Source: Candidatus Hadarchaeota archaeon
Lineage (GTDB): Archaea > Hadarchaeota > Hadarchaeia > Hadarchaeales > JAWBSP01
DNA length: 64,000 nucleotides
NCBI GenBank assembly: GCA_964474885.1
Contig: CAYYWO010000001.1
Span: forward strand, 82,619 to 146,618
Reading direction: 5' to 3'
In this document: in pieces, positions 19,246 through 29,460 of the stretch
Position numbering within the stretch: the stretch's first letter is position 1
Layout of the letters: every line of letters starts with the position of its first letter
Made by a program: the position numbers and the translations under genes
The notes under the pieces: model-generated
What the model was told of the DNA's origin: nothing
The model's input: the letters and a program-made list of their open reading frames with translations, nothing else
Database searches by the model: none

Positions 19246-20065
19246 AACTGGAAGCTCTTTCCTCGAAGAATTCTTTCATAAGCAGGGAGTCTTTCTCGAG
19301 CACAGGACTCTCGCTTATGATGGTTATACTTACCCTCCTCTTGAGAATCTCCTCTCCTAAGGGTTCAAACGGCGGCTTTTTCTCACTCATCTCCAGATGA
19401 CGTATTTCGTTGCCTTTCCCGGGTCCAACTCTCTTGAACTCGACGCATGTGAAATGGGTGTGTAGATGCCTGAACTTCTCAACTTTGTCGAAAACGTCAC
19501 CCCACCTCACTTCTCCACCGCTTCTAGCATAGAGATGGGCCCAGTCAATGACGGGAACGCATCCTTCAATTTCGCGACAGATTTGTAGTATTTCCTCCAA
19601 GGTACCGAAGGTGCTTTGTTTTCCCATGGTTTCGAGCCCCAGTTTTACATCCTCAAGCCCCATCCGGTTCATCCGGATCCTGAGATCCTCGCAAGCATCT
19701 TTCACACTTTGAACCGCCTGCTGAGGCGACATCTTCCCATAGTATCCAGGATGAAACACGACAATGTCGGCCCCCATTGCACCAGCACGGTCTGCGGATA
19801 ATAGTATACGCTTTTTTGAGGCCTCGAGCTTGGATTTCTCGGTGGAGCACAGGTTGATAAAGTACGGACAGTGAACTGACAGCCTGACACCAAGTCTCTT
19901 CGCTTCTTCTCCCACTCTCTTTGCCATTTCTTTGCTCATGGTAACCCCTCTGACGAACTCCACTTCCATTGCGTTCAAACCTAGCTCAGCCACCCTTCTT
20001 ATGCCCCCTATGGTGCTCTTGTCCTTGGCGGTTATTGGTATCCCCGCAGGGCCTAGGTAAATCAT
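19238..20065 (-). CDS. AP endonuclease family 2 / xylose-isomerase-like TIM-barrel protein (endonuclease IV-like)
   Basis: 275 aa. 'HCPYFINLCS', 'VVFHPGYY', 'LGLETMGKQSTFG', 'HLHTHFT' resemble endonuclease IV metal-binding motifs. Confidence 0.55.
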   Translation of the reverse strand: MIYLGPAGIPITAKDKSTIGGIRRVAELGLNAMEVEFVRGVTMSKEMAKRVGEEAKRLGVRLSVHCPYFINLCSTEKSKLEASKKRILLSADRAGAMGADIVVFHPGYYGKMSPQQAVQSVKDACEDLRIRMNRMGLEDVKLGLETMGKQSTFGTLEEILQICREIEGCVPVIDWAHLYARSGGEVRWGDVFDKVEKFRHLHTHFTCVEFKRVGPGKGNEIRHLEMSEKKPPFEPLGEEILKRRVSITIISESPVLEKDSLLMKEFFEERASSSK

Positions 20066-20392
20066 CTTTCTCTCCTAGGGAAAACCTTTATGATCTGGTT
20101 CGAAAAATTAGTCTACCCTTTTTAAGGGGGCCAAGTTACTTTATCGTTGTTCCGGGATCTCTGAGGGCTACTTCTAGGACGATGCAGTTAACAGATTCAT
20201 AACCAGATCTTTGAGTCTCGATTCAGCCAGCTGGAGAGAGAATTGAGGGCGGAGAATTGCCTCCCTCGATGAAAAATTGAGGCTTTGTTGGCTGGCTGGG
20301 AGTCATACTTAAAACTTGCTATCGCTGGAAATGTCCGATTGATAATCAAGGACAAATGTTATGTTCTTAGAGGTTCCTGAGTTTAATTTCCG

Positions 20393-20953
20393 ATGCTGAG
20401 CAGACTCAAGTCCAAGTTTGAGGTGCTAGTTAAGGGACCCGTTGCAGTTTTAGCCCGTTTGGGTTTCACACCCAATCACTTGACCCTCATTGGGCTGATA
20501 ATGTCTCTGTTGTGTTTCTATCTATTCTTCCAACGGCATGCAGTACTCGCAGGTTTCGTCCTTCTGGTATGTGGCCTTTTTGATGCAATGGATGGAGCCC
20601 TCGCTAGATACACAGGTTTGAGTACCACTTTTGGTGCTCTCTTTGATTCGGTATCGGATAGATACAGCGACTTTTTTGTCATAGCAGGTATGATCTTGGG
20701 CGGACTTGTGAACATGGGTTGGGGCCTACTGGCTATCCTTGGTTCCTTCATGGTCAGCTATGTTCGTGCGAGAGGAGAGGCTGCAGGGGCTGGTAAATTG
20801 GATATAGGGATAGCTGAAAGAGGCGAAAGAGTTTTAATCCTAGCCTTCTTCTCGATCCTTAACCTCCCTGAGCTGGGGGTGATCTTAGTGGCGATTTTAG
20901 CCAATTTGACCGCCATCCACAGATTCGTAGTGGCGGCGCTGAGACTCACCTAA
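20393..20953 (+). CDS. CDP-alcohol phosphatidyltransferase (candidate archaetidylinositol-phosphate synthase)
   Basis: 186 aa, multiple TM helices. Signature 'DAMDGALARYTGLSTTFGALFDSVSDRYSD' (D-G-x2-A-R...G-x3-D-x3-D). Next to inositol-1-phosphate synthase. Confidence 0.8.
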   Translation: MLSRLKSKFEVLVKGPVAVLARLGFTPNHLTLIGLIMSLLCFYLFFQRHAVLAGFVLLVCGLFDAMDGALARYTGLSTTFGALFDSVSDRYSDFFVIAGMILGGLVNMGWGLLAILGSFMVSYVRARGEAAGAGKLDIGIAERGERVLILAFFSILNLPELGVILVAILANLTAIHRFVVAALRLT

Positions 20954-21257
20954 ATTTTTCCTCTAGTGAGGATAGATAGATCTTGAACTGGTTTAACAGC
21001 TCCCTTCCTTTGGGTGTGATGTGATAATACTTCCTAGGTCGGCTCTCGTGCTTCCACTCGGCCACCACTAGCCCCTCCCTTTGGAGCTTACTTAGCACCT
21101 TATAGGCGGCAGACAGCTGGAAAGAAAAGCCGAATTTTTTGGCTATGGCTTTTCTCAGTTCGTAGACGTACATGGGTCTGTCGTTTAGCATCCTCAGTAC
21201 ATAAGGCCAAAGCATTTCTAGGGTGGTTTTCCTCTCGATTCGTTTCATCGGCTTCAT
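20946..21257 (-). CDS. PadR-family transcriptional regulator
   Basis: Winged-HTH 'YVYELRKAIAKKFGFSFQLSAAYKVLSKLQREGLVVAEWKHE...KYYHITPKGRELL'. The ORF track starts at 21368 and overlaps the IPS start. The internal Met at 21257 ('MKPMKRIE') is the more likely start. Confidence 0.75.
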   Translation of the reverse strand: MKPMKRIERKTTLEMLWPYVLRMLNDRPMYVYELRKAIAKKFGFSFQLSAAYKVLSKLQREGLVVAEWKHESRPRKYYHITPKGRELLNQFKIYLSSLEEKFR

Positions 21258-21330
21258 GACCAATAATAGTAGCTGAAAGTCGTTAAAAGCAGCGCTCCGA
21301 AGAATTTTATTTTTAAGCGATTTTAAAGAA

Positions 21331-22404
21331 ATGGGAAAGGTAAGGGTCGCTATTGCAGGCGTCGGCAATTGTGCGTCATCCCTTGTCCAGGGTGTGTTCT
21401 ATTATCAGAATGCCAAGGAAGAGGAACAGGTTCCTGGTCTTATGCATGTAAAATTTGGGGATTACCACATTCGGGATATAGAGTTTGTTGCAGCTTTTGA
21501 TGTAGATGCCAACAAGGTAGGAAAGGATTTAGCGGAAGCCATTTTCACACCTCCCAACTGTACCTTCAAGTTCTGTGATGTGCCCAAACTGGGGGTTGAG
21601 GTTCAAAGGGCACCCATTCTAGATGGACTGGGAAAATACCTAAAGGCGGTGATTCCAGTAGATTCCTCTCAGCGGGAGATAGATGTGGTTCAAGTGCTAA
21701 AAGAGAGTGGAGCTGATGTTCTCGTAAATTATGTTCCGGTAGGGAGTTTTAAAGCCGCCCGTTTTTACGCTAATGCCTGCCTAGAGGCAGGCGTAGGGTT
21801 CGTTAACTGCATGCCCGAGTTCATAGTTTCAGATCCAGCCTGGGGGGAAAAGTTTGAGGAAAGGGGCATACCCTGTGCTGGTGATGATATAAAATCGCAG
21901 GTTGGTGCTACAATCCTGCATCGCACTCTCGTCAAACTCCTCGTCGACAGAGGGGTCAAGGTCGAAGAAAGTTATCAACTGAACATCGGAGGGAATACAG
22001 ACTTTCTGAACATGCTCGAGGAAGAGAGACTCAGCTCTAAGAGGGTCAGCAAGACGGAAGCTGTGGCAAGTCAGGTTCCATACGAGGTACCTCTGAGGAT
22101 TGGTCCCAGTGATTATGTCCCCTTCTTGAAGGACAGGAAGATATGCTACATCTACATCAAGGGAAGAAAATTCGGGGACGTCCCCATATGGATCGATGCG
22201 AAGCTGAACGTGGAGGATTCACCAAACAGTGCGGGGGTTGTGATAGACGCTATTCGAGCGGTGAAAATCGCGAAGGACAGAGGGGTGGCTGGGCCGCTCT
22301 ATTCGGTGTCCGCGTATTTCTTCAAGCACCCACCGGTCCAGATGGATGATGCCAAGGCGAGAAGGGCGGTGGAGGAGTTTATTCAAGGGAAGAGGGAGAG
22401 ATGA
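21331..22404 (+). CDS. myo-Inositol-1-phosphate synthase
   Basis: 357 aa. '[21 protein letters not shown]', '[14 protein letters not shown]', '[11 protein letters not shown]', '[19 protein letters not shown]' match prokaryotic MIPS. Confidence 0.88.
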   Translation: MGKVRVAIAGVGNCASSLVQGVFYYQNAKEEEQVPGLMHVKFGDYHIRDIEFVAAFDVDANKVGKDLAEAIFTPPNCTFKFCDVPKLGVEVQRAPILDGLGKYLKAVIPVDSSQREIDVVQVLKESGADVLVNYVPVGSFKAARFYANACLEAGVGFVNCMPEFIVSDPAWGEKFEERGIPCAGDDIKSQVGATILHRTLVKLLVDRGVKVEESYQLNIGGNTDFLNMLEEERLSSKRVSKTEAVASQVPYEVPLRIGPSDYVPFLKDRKICYIYIKGRKFGDVPIWIDAKLNVEDSPNSAGVVIDAIRAVKIAKDRGVAGPLYSVSAYFFKHPPVQMDDAKARRAVEEFIQGKRER

Positions 22405-23285
22405 GAGAACTTGACTTCTTGGTAGTCGGGCACATAGCTATCGACGTTAACGTTTTTCCTTGGGGGGTCATCGAAAACGTCCTAGGCGGTGCGCCCACGT
22501 ATGGCGGCTTCCTCCTAGCTGGGCTAGGGGCCAAGGTGGGCATACTTTCGAAGGTGGGTTTTGACTTCTCTAGAATGTTCCCCCCTATCTTCAGCAAGTT
22601 CGGCTTGGATACCGAGGGACTAATTGTAACAGGTGAAAGGTCAACGACTTTCAGGAATGTTTACGATGAGCAGGGGAACAGAACACAGAGCTGTACTTAT
22701 CTTGCCCCCCAGCTGACACTCAGGGATATCCCAAGTTATTACACGAATATGCTCGGGGTGTACGTTTCCCCTTTAGGGAACGAGGTTTCGGTAGAGCTTT
22801 TGCAGGAACTCAGGCGCAGGACAAAATTTGTGATGATGGATCCGCAGGGACTTTTCAGAAAGATCCGGGAGGATGGGCGGATAGAACTCCGAGCTTTCCG
22901 AGATTTGTCGGAATATCTACAGTATCTGGACATAGTTAAGGTAGGCAGAGACGAGATAGTCGTTTTTGGTGAGAAGTCACCGAGTGAAATCGCCCAGAGT
23001 CTGAGGGAGATGGGCTGCTCAGTGGCAGTGGTAACACTAGGTGAAAAAGGTTGTGTGGTTGCCGAAGGAAGCGGCGTTGAAAGTTTTCCCGCCCTAAAGG
23101 TGGAGGCCAAGGATCTCACAGGGGCGGGGGATGTGTTCGGTGCCGCTTTCTTGTACAAGTATGCTGAAACTCAAGATGCTAAACTAGCCGCTAGATTTGC
23201 TAATGCAGCAGCTGGTTTAAAGATAAGGTATAGGGGTATTGTAGGCTTCCCTTCCCTTTCTGAGATAGAGGAGGTCCTAGAATAG
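22401..23285 (+). CDS. PfkB-family carbohydrate kinase
   Basis: 294 aa. Ribokinase-like fold with C-terminal '[14 protein letters not shown]' motif. 4-nt overlap with the IPS gene. Confidence 0.8.
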   Translation: MRELDFLVVGHIAIDVNVFPWGVIENVLGGAPTYGGFLLAGLGAKVGILSKVGFDFSRMFPPIFSKFGLDTEGLIVTGERSTTFRNVYDEQGNRTQSCTYLAPQLTLRDIPSYYTNMLGVYVSPLGNEVSVELLQELRRRTKFVMMDPQGLFRKIREDGRIELRAFRDLSEYLQYLDIVKVGRDEIVVFGEKSPSEIAQSLREMGCSVAVVTLGEKGCVVAEGSGVESFPALKVEAKDLTGAGDVFGAAFLYKYAETQDAKLAARFANAAAGLKIRYRGIVGFPSLSEIEEVLE

Positions 23286-23302
23286 CCCTGAGGGAAAAAT
23301 TC

Positions 23303-24418
23303 ATGAAAAAGTCGTTAGCTCTTAAAACGATTCTCTTATTTGGTATTGTAAGCCTCCTAGGAGATGTTATTTACGAGGGTTGCAAGGGCGTGACAGGTCC
23401 ATTCTTGTCCCTTCTTGGCGCCTCCGCATTTATCATCGGTGCGGTTTCGGGTGCGGGGGAATTCCTTTCGTATGCTTTGCGTTTTCCCGCAGGAAGAATT
23501 GCAGACAAGAAAAGATGGTACTGGGAACAAACATTTCTAGGGTATTCTCTCATTCTGTGCATCCCTCTACTTGCACTAGTCTGGGATTGGAGAATCGCAG
23601 CTCTGCTACTCTTGCTTGAGAGAGTGGGAAAGGGTATCCGATCTCCGGCTAGGGACGCCATACTTTCCCACGTGGTCAAAACTGTGGGAGCCGGGAGAGG
23701 TTTTGCTGTTCACGAGATTCTTGATCAAATTGGGGCGATCTTGGGTCCGCTTATTTTTTCCCTAATTCTCTTCAAAGCGAACTACACGGTGGTTTTCAGC
23801 GTGATGTGGTTGCCATTCTTTCTCCTCTTGATTTCACTATCCCTTGCCAGGAAATTCTCCAGTCCCTTCCCTCGGGCGACACCCACCATTGCAAGGCACT
23901 ATCATATCAGGCCGCTGGTTTTCTTCACTTTCGTCGCAGGCCTTGGGTTGCTTCCTTTCCCTGTTCTGGCCTATCATTTTACTCGTGAAGGGATGGAAGC
24001 TTACTTTATCTCGATCCTTTACGCGCTCGTCATGGGTGCAGATGCTGGGTCAGCCTACTTAGGTGGGATTCTGTATGACAAGTCTGGGATCAAAAGTTTG
24101 ATGCTCCTTCCGCTTTTTTGCCTGTTTGCCCCGCTTGCCTTTATGAGTTCTACGATGTTTCTCGGGATTATCTCATTAGGCTTTGCAATCGGGATACAGG
24201 AGACTGTACTGAGGGCAGTAGTGGCAGATCTTGTACCAGCTGAGAAAAGAGGTTCAGCATATGGAGGAATTCAATCAGCTTTCGGCTTGGCTTTTCTCAT
24301 GGGCAACTCGATTTGCGGTCTTCTCTACGAACTCGGATTAACTTATTTGTTTCTATATGTGACTACATGCGAACTGCTGGCACTCGTCTTATTCATACAG
24401 TGGATATCTAGACAATAG
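23303..24418 (+). CDS. MFS-type transporter
   Basis: 371 aa, about 10 to 12 TM helices, MFS-like 'GRIADKKRW' loop. Confidence 0.65.
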   Translation: MKKSLALKTILLFGIVSLLGDVIYEGCKGVTGPFLSLLGASAFIIGAVSGAGEFLSYALRFPAGRIADKKRWYWEQTFLGYSLILCIPLLALVWDWRIAALLLLLERVGKGIRSPARDAILSHVVKTVGAGRGFAVHEILDQIGAILGPLIFSLILFKANYTVVFSVMWLPFFLLLISLSLARKFSSPFPRATPTIARHYHIRPLVFFTFVAGLGLLPFPVLAYHFTREGMEAYFISILYALVMGADAGSAYLGGILYDKSGIKSLMLLPLFCLFAPLAFMSSTMFLGIISLGFAIGIQETVLRAVVADLVPAEKRGSAYGGIQSAFGLAFLMGNSICGLLYELGLTYLFLYVTTCELLALVLFIQWISRQ

Positions 24419-26311
24419 GCTTCTTGCCTTTCTGACGTTTGGGAACTGTAGCGGCAGACCCTCGATTTGTCTAAGAACCTCAACAGCCTGCAACAACATC
24501 CGCTGCAGATCCCCAGGCTCCAGTCCTGACCAGTTGACAACATTTTTCCATTCCTCCCCTCTTGCCAAACATATCCCAACTGCGGCACGTCTCTCCGCTG
24601 GACTATACCTCCTGCGCTCCCGGACGAGTTCAGTTAAGAAGGGGGAGAACTGGACCCCCCATTTTCTTTCAAGCTTAGCTATCTTCTTTCCTATGGTCAG
24701 CAAATAATCAAGGTTGATCTTGGAAATGAGCCTAGAGGGAGCCTTTTCACCGCTCAGGGCAGTAGCCCAAGCACAGAGTTCGGCGACACCCATCTTTGCA
24801 ACCCACCCTCTCCTGATGCTCTCAGTTATGAATATCGAGTTAGCATGTCTGACCTCTTTGGCCCACTCACCTTCCTGCGTTAGCTTACAATCCCGATTGA
24901 GGTAACCCAATTCCATGAGGATTCTGCTCCTCCGGTCAAAGTCGTTCATAAGTCTCCTCTCTACTTTCTTTCCTTTCTTGTGTCCGTAACTAGATTGCTG
25001 ATAAACCAGCAGACTTTTGCTAAGAAGATCCAAGGCCCCCCAATAGCCGTACTTATCGAGTAGATTGAGAACTTGGTAGTACTGGACACGGAAGGCTGAT
25101 CTCAGATGCTGTGGTTTTGATGTAGCCAGTGCTCTCGCCATCCTTATCCCTCTGATGGATCTAGCTTGCATGAGAGCGAATCCTACTTTATCCTTCCCCC
25201 TCCTTCCCGCTCTACCGATCATCTGGTGGAAATCTAGGGGGGAAAGGGGTTCCAATACGCCCTTTAGGGTGAGTTCAGGTAACACAACCGTCCTAGCCGG
25301 CACATCCAAACCAGCTGCCAAGGTACTTGTGGAGAAGACGGCTCTGATTAACCCTGAGCTCAGCAGGCGCTCTACGAGGATTTTCCAAGAGGTAAGGTGT
25401 CCAGCATGGTGCGACGCTATCCCCGCTTGCACTAAAGCGTCCAACAGCGGGTGGGAGTAGAGCTCAGGGTATTCACATGCCAGCTGATCGACGATTCTCT
25501 CCCTTTCTGCTTCACCTTCCGCTTTGATTCTCCTGAAAGCTCTCGCTGCCCGGTCGCAGTCTCTCCTTCTAGGTAAAAAGATGATGGCGGGGAGCAGGCG
25601 CCTGTGATTTAGGGTATCCACAAGCTGGACTGGATCGAATTTTCCGACTATGAGATCCGGGGAAATCCCCCCATCTAGAGGTAGGACGTGGCCAGAGGGG
25701 GTGACAAAACCAAATCTGAGGGGTACAGGCCTCTCCTCACAGATCACGAGTTCTGGTGGCCGCTCTCTGATCTGGGCCATCCAGTCGCAGATGTCCTGAG
25801 GATTGGAAATGGTCGCCGAGAGGAGCAAGAACTGGATGCTTTTTGGGGCCAAGATAATCACTTCTTCCCATGTGACTCCCCTGTCCGGATCCGATATATA
25901 GTGGGCCTCATCGAGGACGACGAAAGCGGGGGCACTCTCTCCACTGTAAAGACTATTGCGAAGTACCTCAGTAGTGGCGACAATGAGGGGTGCACTCGGG
26001 TTTTCCTTTCTCTCACCCGTTAAAAGGCCCACCTTCTCTTCTCCAAACAGGTGCCTGAACTGATCGAATTTCTGGTTGGACAATGCTTTGAGGGGCGTGG
26101 TATACCAGCACCTCTTGCCATCTTCCAAATACTCTCGGATGACTTCTTGTGCTATCCAAGTCTTGCCACTGCCAGTAGGTGCCACCACGATTACATCCCT
26201 CCCCTTCCTCAGAGCTTCAATAGCCTGCAATTGAAAGGGGGAGGGCTTAAAGTAACCCTCAGCCTCGCCCAGTCCTTGTAGGAACTCTTTTGTTACTCTC
26301 TCCAGGTTCAT
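24389..26311 (-). CDS. Ski2-like superfamily-2 DEAH helicase
   Basis: 640 aa. Walker A 'APTGSGKTWIA', 'VLDEAHYISD', helicase C motifs 'HHAGHLTSWKILVE' and 'GLDVPARTV'. Confidence 0.8.
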   Translation of the reverse strand: MNLERVTKEFLQGLGEAEGYFKPSPFQLQAIEALRKGRDVIVVAPTGSGKTWIAQEVIREYLEDGKRCWYTTPLKALSNQKFDQFRHLFGEEKVGLLTGERKENPSAPLIVATTEVLRNSLYSGESAPAFVVLDEAHYISDPDRGVTWEEVIILAPKSIQFLLLSATISNPQDICDWMAQIRERPPELVICEERPVPLRFGFVTPSGHVLPLDGGISPDLIVGKFDPVQLVDTLNHRRLLPAIIFLPRRRDCDRAARAFRRIKAEGEAERERIVDQLACEYPELYSHPLLDALVQAGIASHHAGHLTSWKILVERLLSSGLIRAVFSTSTLAAGLDVPARTVVLPELTLKGVLEPLSPLDFHQMIGRAGRRGKDKVGFALMQARSIRGIRMARALATSKPQHLRSAFRVQYYQVLNLLDKYGYWGALDLLSKSLLVYQQSSYGHKKGKKVERRLMNDFDRRSRILMELGYLNRDCKLTQEGEWAKEVRHANSIFITESIRRGWVAKMGVAELCAWATALSGEKAPSRLISKINLDYLLTIGKKIAKLERKWGVQFSPFLTELVRERRRYSPAERRAAVGICLARGEEWKNVVNWSGLEPGDLQRMLLQAVEVLRQIEGLPLQFPNVRKARSLLSRYPLYE

Positions 26312-26356
26312 CTCTAACCACCGAAGCCTGAAAAATAATGAGTACGAATAATTTGA

Positions 26357-26431
26357 GGGCCCGTAGCTCAGCCAGGTTAGAGCGCTCGGCTGATAACCGG
26401 GAGGTCGAGGGTTCGAATCCCTCCGGGCCCA
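26357..26431 (+). tRNA. tRNA-Ile (anticodon GAT)
   Basis: GGGCCCGTAGCTCAGCCAGGTTAGAGCGCTCGGCTGATAACCGGGAGGTCGAGGGTTCGAATCCCTCCGGGCCCA. Canonical cloverleaf, anticodon loop CTGATAA. Confidence 0.9.
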
Positions 26432-26454
26432 TTAATCCGGGATCGGGAGTAGAG

Positions 26455-27246
26455 ATGATCATCATCTTGGGATCCAAGAAGGACGCCGCTGCACAAAACA
26501 TAATCTCGCATCTAAAGGAGTCCTTTGGGCTGGTGCCCGGAGAGCAGAACTTGCATAATTGCCCAGTGAAGCTGATGGAGGTTGAGAGTGATATAGAGCA
26601 GATCCAGCAGCTCCCACCTGCTGAGGAAGTCATAGTTTGCTCAAGGCATGAGAGTGCTTCCAAGATACCCTGCTTGACTGTTCATGTGCCCGGCAGACTG
26701 ACGGAGGGAAAACTCGCGGTAGCCTCCCCCCTTATGGTTCGGAGCCTTCTGGTTTCTTTGAAGGAACAGGCCGAGAAAGAGGGACTTGATTATAGAGTCT
26801 CCCTTGAAGCCACCCACCACGGTCCATGCCTGGATTTGCCGCTGACCTTCATAGAGATAGGCAGCTCTGAAAATCGGTGGAAGGATGATGCCGCGGGGTA
26901 TGTGGTGGCGGCGGCGGTTGTTGGGGCATTGCGAAGGATCAGGGAAGGTCTGAAGGCAGTGGGTGTGGGTGGCCCCCACTATGCTCCCCGGCACACGGAG
27001 GTCTGTCTCAAGACCAAAGTTGGTATAGGTCATATTCTACCTAGTTACATCGACTGGAGGGAGGAGACTCTCTTGGAGGCCATTGAAAAGACGAAAGATG
27101 GTGCAGACTTGATAGCAGCAGATTGGAAGGGCTTGAATGCAAGTCAAAGAGAAATAGTGAAAGAGGTCTCCGAGCGGACAGGGATTAGGCTGATAAGGGA
27201 AAAGTCTTTGCTCAGAGAGTTTTATAGCTGGGGGGAGAATCCGTGA
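26455..27246 (+). CDS. dtdA: D-aminoacyl-tRNA deacylase, archaeal type (DtdA)
   Basis: Starts 'MIIILGSKKDAAAQNI', with 'SRHESASKIPCLTVHVPG', 'EATHHGP', 'FIEIGSSE', 'GGPHYAPRHT', 'GHILPSY', 'DWKG'. The 26338 start in the ORF track is an artefactual extension across tRNA-Ile. Confidence 0.88.
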   Translation: MIIILGSKKDAAAQNIISHLKESFGLVPGEQNLHNCPVKLMEVESDIEQIQQLPPAEEVIVCSRHESASKIPCLTVHVPGRLTEGKLAVASPLMVRSLLVSLKEQAEKEGLDYRVSLEATHHGPCLDLPLTFIEIGSSENRWKDDAAGYVVAAAVVGALRRIREGLKAVGVGGPHYAPRHTEVCLKTKVGIGHILPSYIDWREETLLEAIEKTKDGADLIAADWKGLNASQREIVKEVSERTGIRLIREKSLLREFYSWGENP

Positions 27247-28325
27247 TGTTATCCGAGGGAAGGCAGGGAGTTTTACCGTTTACTCAGGGAACCGGCAGGC
27301 GCAGATTTACGGATGAGCAGCTTCGCTCGATTGTTGAGAAAACTCGGGCCAAAATCAAGATAATAGGAGTGGGGGGAGCAGGTTGTAACACGGTTACCCG
27401 CATGAGCGAAGTTGGAATTATAGGTGCACGGACCATTGCGGTCAACACCGATGCCCAGGATTTGGTATTCTCGGAAGCTGACGAGAAGCTTCTAATCGGT
27501 GAAAGGACAACAGGTGGTCTGGGAGCTGGAAACGATCCTGAGAAAGGGAAAAAGGCCGCCGAGGAAAGCAAGGAGGATTTGAAAGCATGTTTGGACGAAA
27601 CCGACATGGCGTTTATTACTTGTGGACTGGGAGGGGGCACAGGTACCGGCGCTTCCCCAGTTATTGCTGAGATATGCCGCAGGATGGGTATTCTCTCAGT
27701 AGCAGTTGTGACTCTTCCCTTCAGAGCCGAGGGTGTCAGGAGGAGGAAGAACGCTGAACTAGGTTTAGAGAATCTGAAGAAGGTGGCGGATGCTTTGGTG
27801 GTTATCCCGAACGACAAGCTGAGAATGAATCCCAGTGTATCCATAGCTGAAGCCTTCAAGCTCTGTGATAGTATCCTAGTCAAGGCTGTCAAGGGCATAG
27901 TCGAGCTGATAACATACGGTGGGGAGGTGAATGTAGACTTTGCTGATGTAAAGGCTGTACTCTCAAATGCGGGACTCTGCGCCCTTGCCGTGGCTGAATC
28001 GGACGCTGAGAATAGAGCCGAGGATGTGGTGAATCAAGTTCTCAACGATCCCTTACTGGACGTCGAGGTGAGCAACGCCAAAGGTGCGTTGTTGAACCTC
28101 ATAGCGTCAAACGTTGCGGTTGAAGAGTTGGACATGGTCCTTGGAAAGTTCCAAGACCTCCTCAGCCCAGATGCTAATTTGATCTGGGGTCTCCAGAGTA
28201 ATCCGAATATGAGAAACACCCTTAGATTGGTAACGTTGATAGCAGGCGTCTACTCACCCTGGGCGGTACCGGGGAAGAGGATCCCGCCGCCCAGTGAACT
28301 GGACTTTGGCATTAAGTCCCTCTGA
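27243..28325 (+). CDS. ftsZ: Cell division GTPase FtsZ
   Basis: 360 aa. 'GVGGAGCN', tubulin signature 'GLGGGTGTGASPVIAEI'. Confidence 0.95.
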   Translation: MMLSEGRQGVLPFTQGTGRRRFTDEQLRSIVEKTRAKIKIIGVGGAGCNTVTRMSEVGIIGARTIAVNTDAQDLVFSEADEKLLIGERTTGGLGAGNDPEKGKKAAEESKEDLKACLDETDMAFITCGLGGGTGTGASPVIAEICRRMGILSVAVVTLPFRAEGVRRRKNAELGLENLKKVADALVVIPNDKLRMNPSVSIAEAFKLCDSILVKAVKGIVELITYGGEVNVDFADVKAVLSNAGLCALAVAESDAENRAEDVVNQVLNDPLLDVEVSNAKGALLNLIASNVAVEELDMVLGKFQDLLSPDANLIWGLQSNPNMRNTLRLVTLIAGVYSPWAVPGKRIPPPSELDFGIKSL

Positions 28326-28489
28326 TGGGTAGGATAACTTCAAGCATAAAGAGGGTTTTACTAGTAGCGAGGAGACCTCGCTCAGACGAGTACAAGGAGG
28401 CGATCAAAGTAACGGGAGCCATCATCCTTTTCGTGGGGGTGATAGGATTCATTTATATGGCATTTGGTTACTTGATAACAGGTGGTTAA
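28325..28489 (+). CDS. secE: Preprotein translocase subunit SecE/Sec61gamma
   Basis: 54-aa ORF 'MGRITSSIKRVLLVARRPRSDEYKEAIKVTGAIILFVGVIGFIYMAFGYLITGG' with a single C-terminal TM. ATG overlaps the ftsZ stop (TGATG), and nusG starts 1 nt after its stop. Below the ORF-track size cut-off. Confidence 0.8.
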   Translation: MGRITSSIKRVLLVARRPRSDEYKEAIKVTGAIILFVGVIGFIYMAFGYLITGG

Positions 28490-28981
28490 ATGGGAGAAGA
28501 AAAAGAAATGCAACCTAAACCCATGCTCTTTGTGCTAGAGACTACCCTTGGTCAGGAGGTACCTACAGCTAGTATGGTAATGGTTCGCGCCAGGAAGCTG
28601 GGTCTTCCAGTATCCGCCGTCTTGGTTCCTCCCGGGCTTCGAGGATGTGTCTTCATCGAGGTCATTGCGGAGACAGAGGCTGAGGGAAGGACGGTGGCTG
28701 AGAAGGCTAGAGCGGGGATCAAGCATGCCAAGAAAATCTTGCGTACACCCCTGCCCTTTTCGGAGGTCGAGAACTTCCTTGTCCCACGCTCCCCAGTCGC
28801 GGACTTGGAAATAGGTGACATAGTGGATATAACCGCGGGGCCCTTCAAGGGCGAACAAGGGAGAATAGTAAGAATAGATGCTGAGAAGGAAGAGGTAACT
28901 GTAGAATTGTTGGAGGCCACGGTTCCAATTCCTCTGAGGCTATCGGCTTCTTGGGTTAAATTGTGTAGAAAAAGCGAGTAA
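28490..28981 (+). CDS. nusG: Transcription elongation factor Spt5/NusG
   Basis: 163 aa. NGN domain and KOW motif '[22 protein letters not shown]'. Confidence 0.88.
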   Translation: MGEEKEMQPKPMLFVLETTLGQEVPTASMVMVRARKLGLPVSAVLVPPGLRGCVFIEVIAETEAEGRTVAEKARAGIKHAKKILRTPLPFSEVENFLVPRSPVADLEIGDIVDITAGPFKGEQGRIVRIDAEKEEVTVELLEATVPIPLRLSASWVKLCRKSE

Positions 28982-29460
28982 TGGCTAAGCGGTCGATTAA
29001 GGTTCTGGTTGAGGGTGGAAAGGCTACACCTGCTCCCCCGCTAGGTCCAGCCTTGGGCATGCTCGGCTTGAATGTGGGACAAGTGGTCGGAGAGATAAAC
29101 AAGAAGACTAGTGAGTTCGAGGGTATGAAAGTCCCCGTTATAGTGACTGTGGATACAAAAACGAAGCAGTTCAAAATAGAAATAGGGCTACCCCCGGTTT
29201 CTGCCCTGATAAAAAGAGAGCTGGGGATCGAAAAAGGTGCCAAGACTGCAGGTCAAGAAACAGTGGGTGATTTGCCGTTTTCCAAGCTGATTGAGATAGC
29301 CAAGAAAAAGTGGGAGTCTCGAGCTACCTTGGCTAAGGATTTCCGAGGAGTGGTGAAGGAGGTCTTAGGTACATGCGTCAGTATGGGCGTCACGGTGGAG
29401 GGGAAAGACCCGAGAGAGGTGCAAAAGGAGATTGATGAAGGTAAATTACAGGTGGGCTGA
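28981..29460 (+). CDS. rpl11: 50S ribosomal protein L11
   Basis: 159 aa. '[25 protein letters not shown]', '[15 protein letters not shown]'. Confidence 0.93.
   Translation: MAKRSIKVLVEGGKATPAPPLGPALGMLGLNVGQVVGEINKKTSEFEGMKVPVIVTVDTKTKQFKIEIGLPPVSALIKRELGIEKGAKTAGQETVGDLPFSKLIEIAKKKWESRATLAKDFRGVVKEVLGTCVSMGVTVEGKDPREVQKEIDEGKLQVG

Noticed and set aside
26338-26454. N-terminal 39-codon extension of the dtdA ORF
   Set aside because: The extension is the translation of tRNA-Ile and its flank. The homologous DtdA N-terminus begins at the ATG at 26455.
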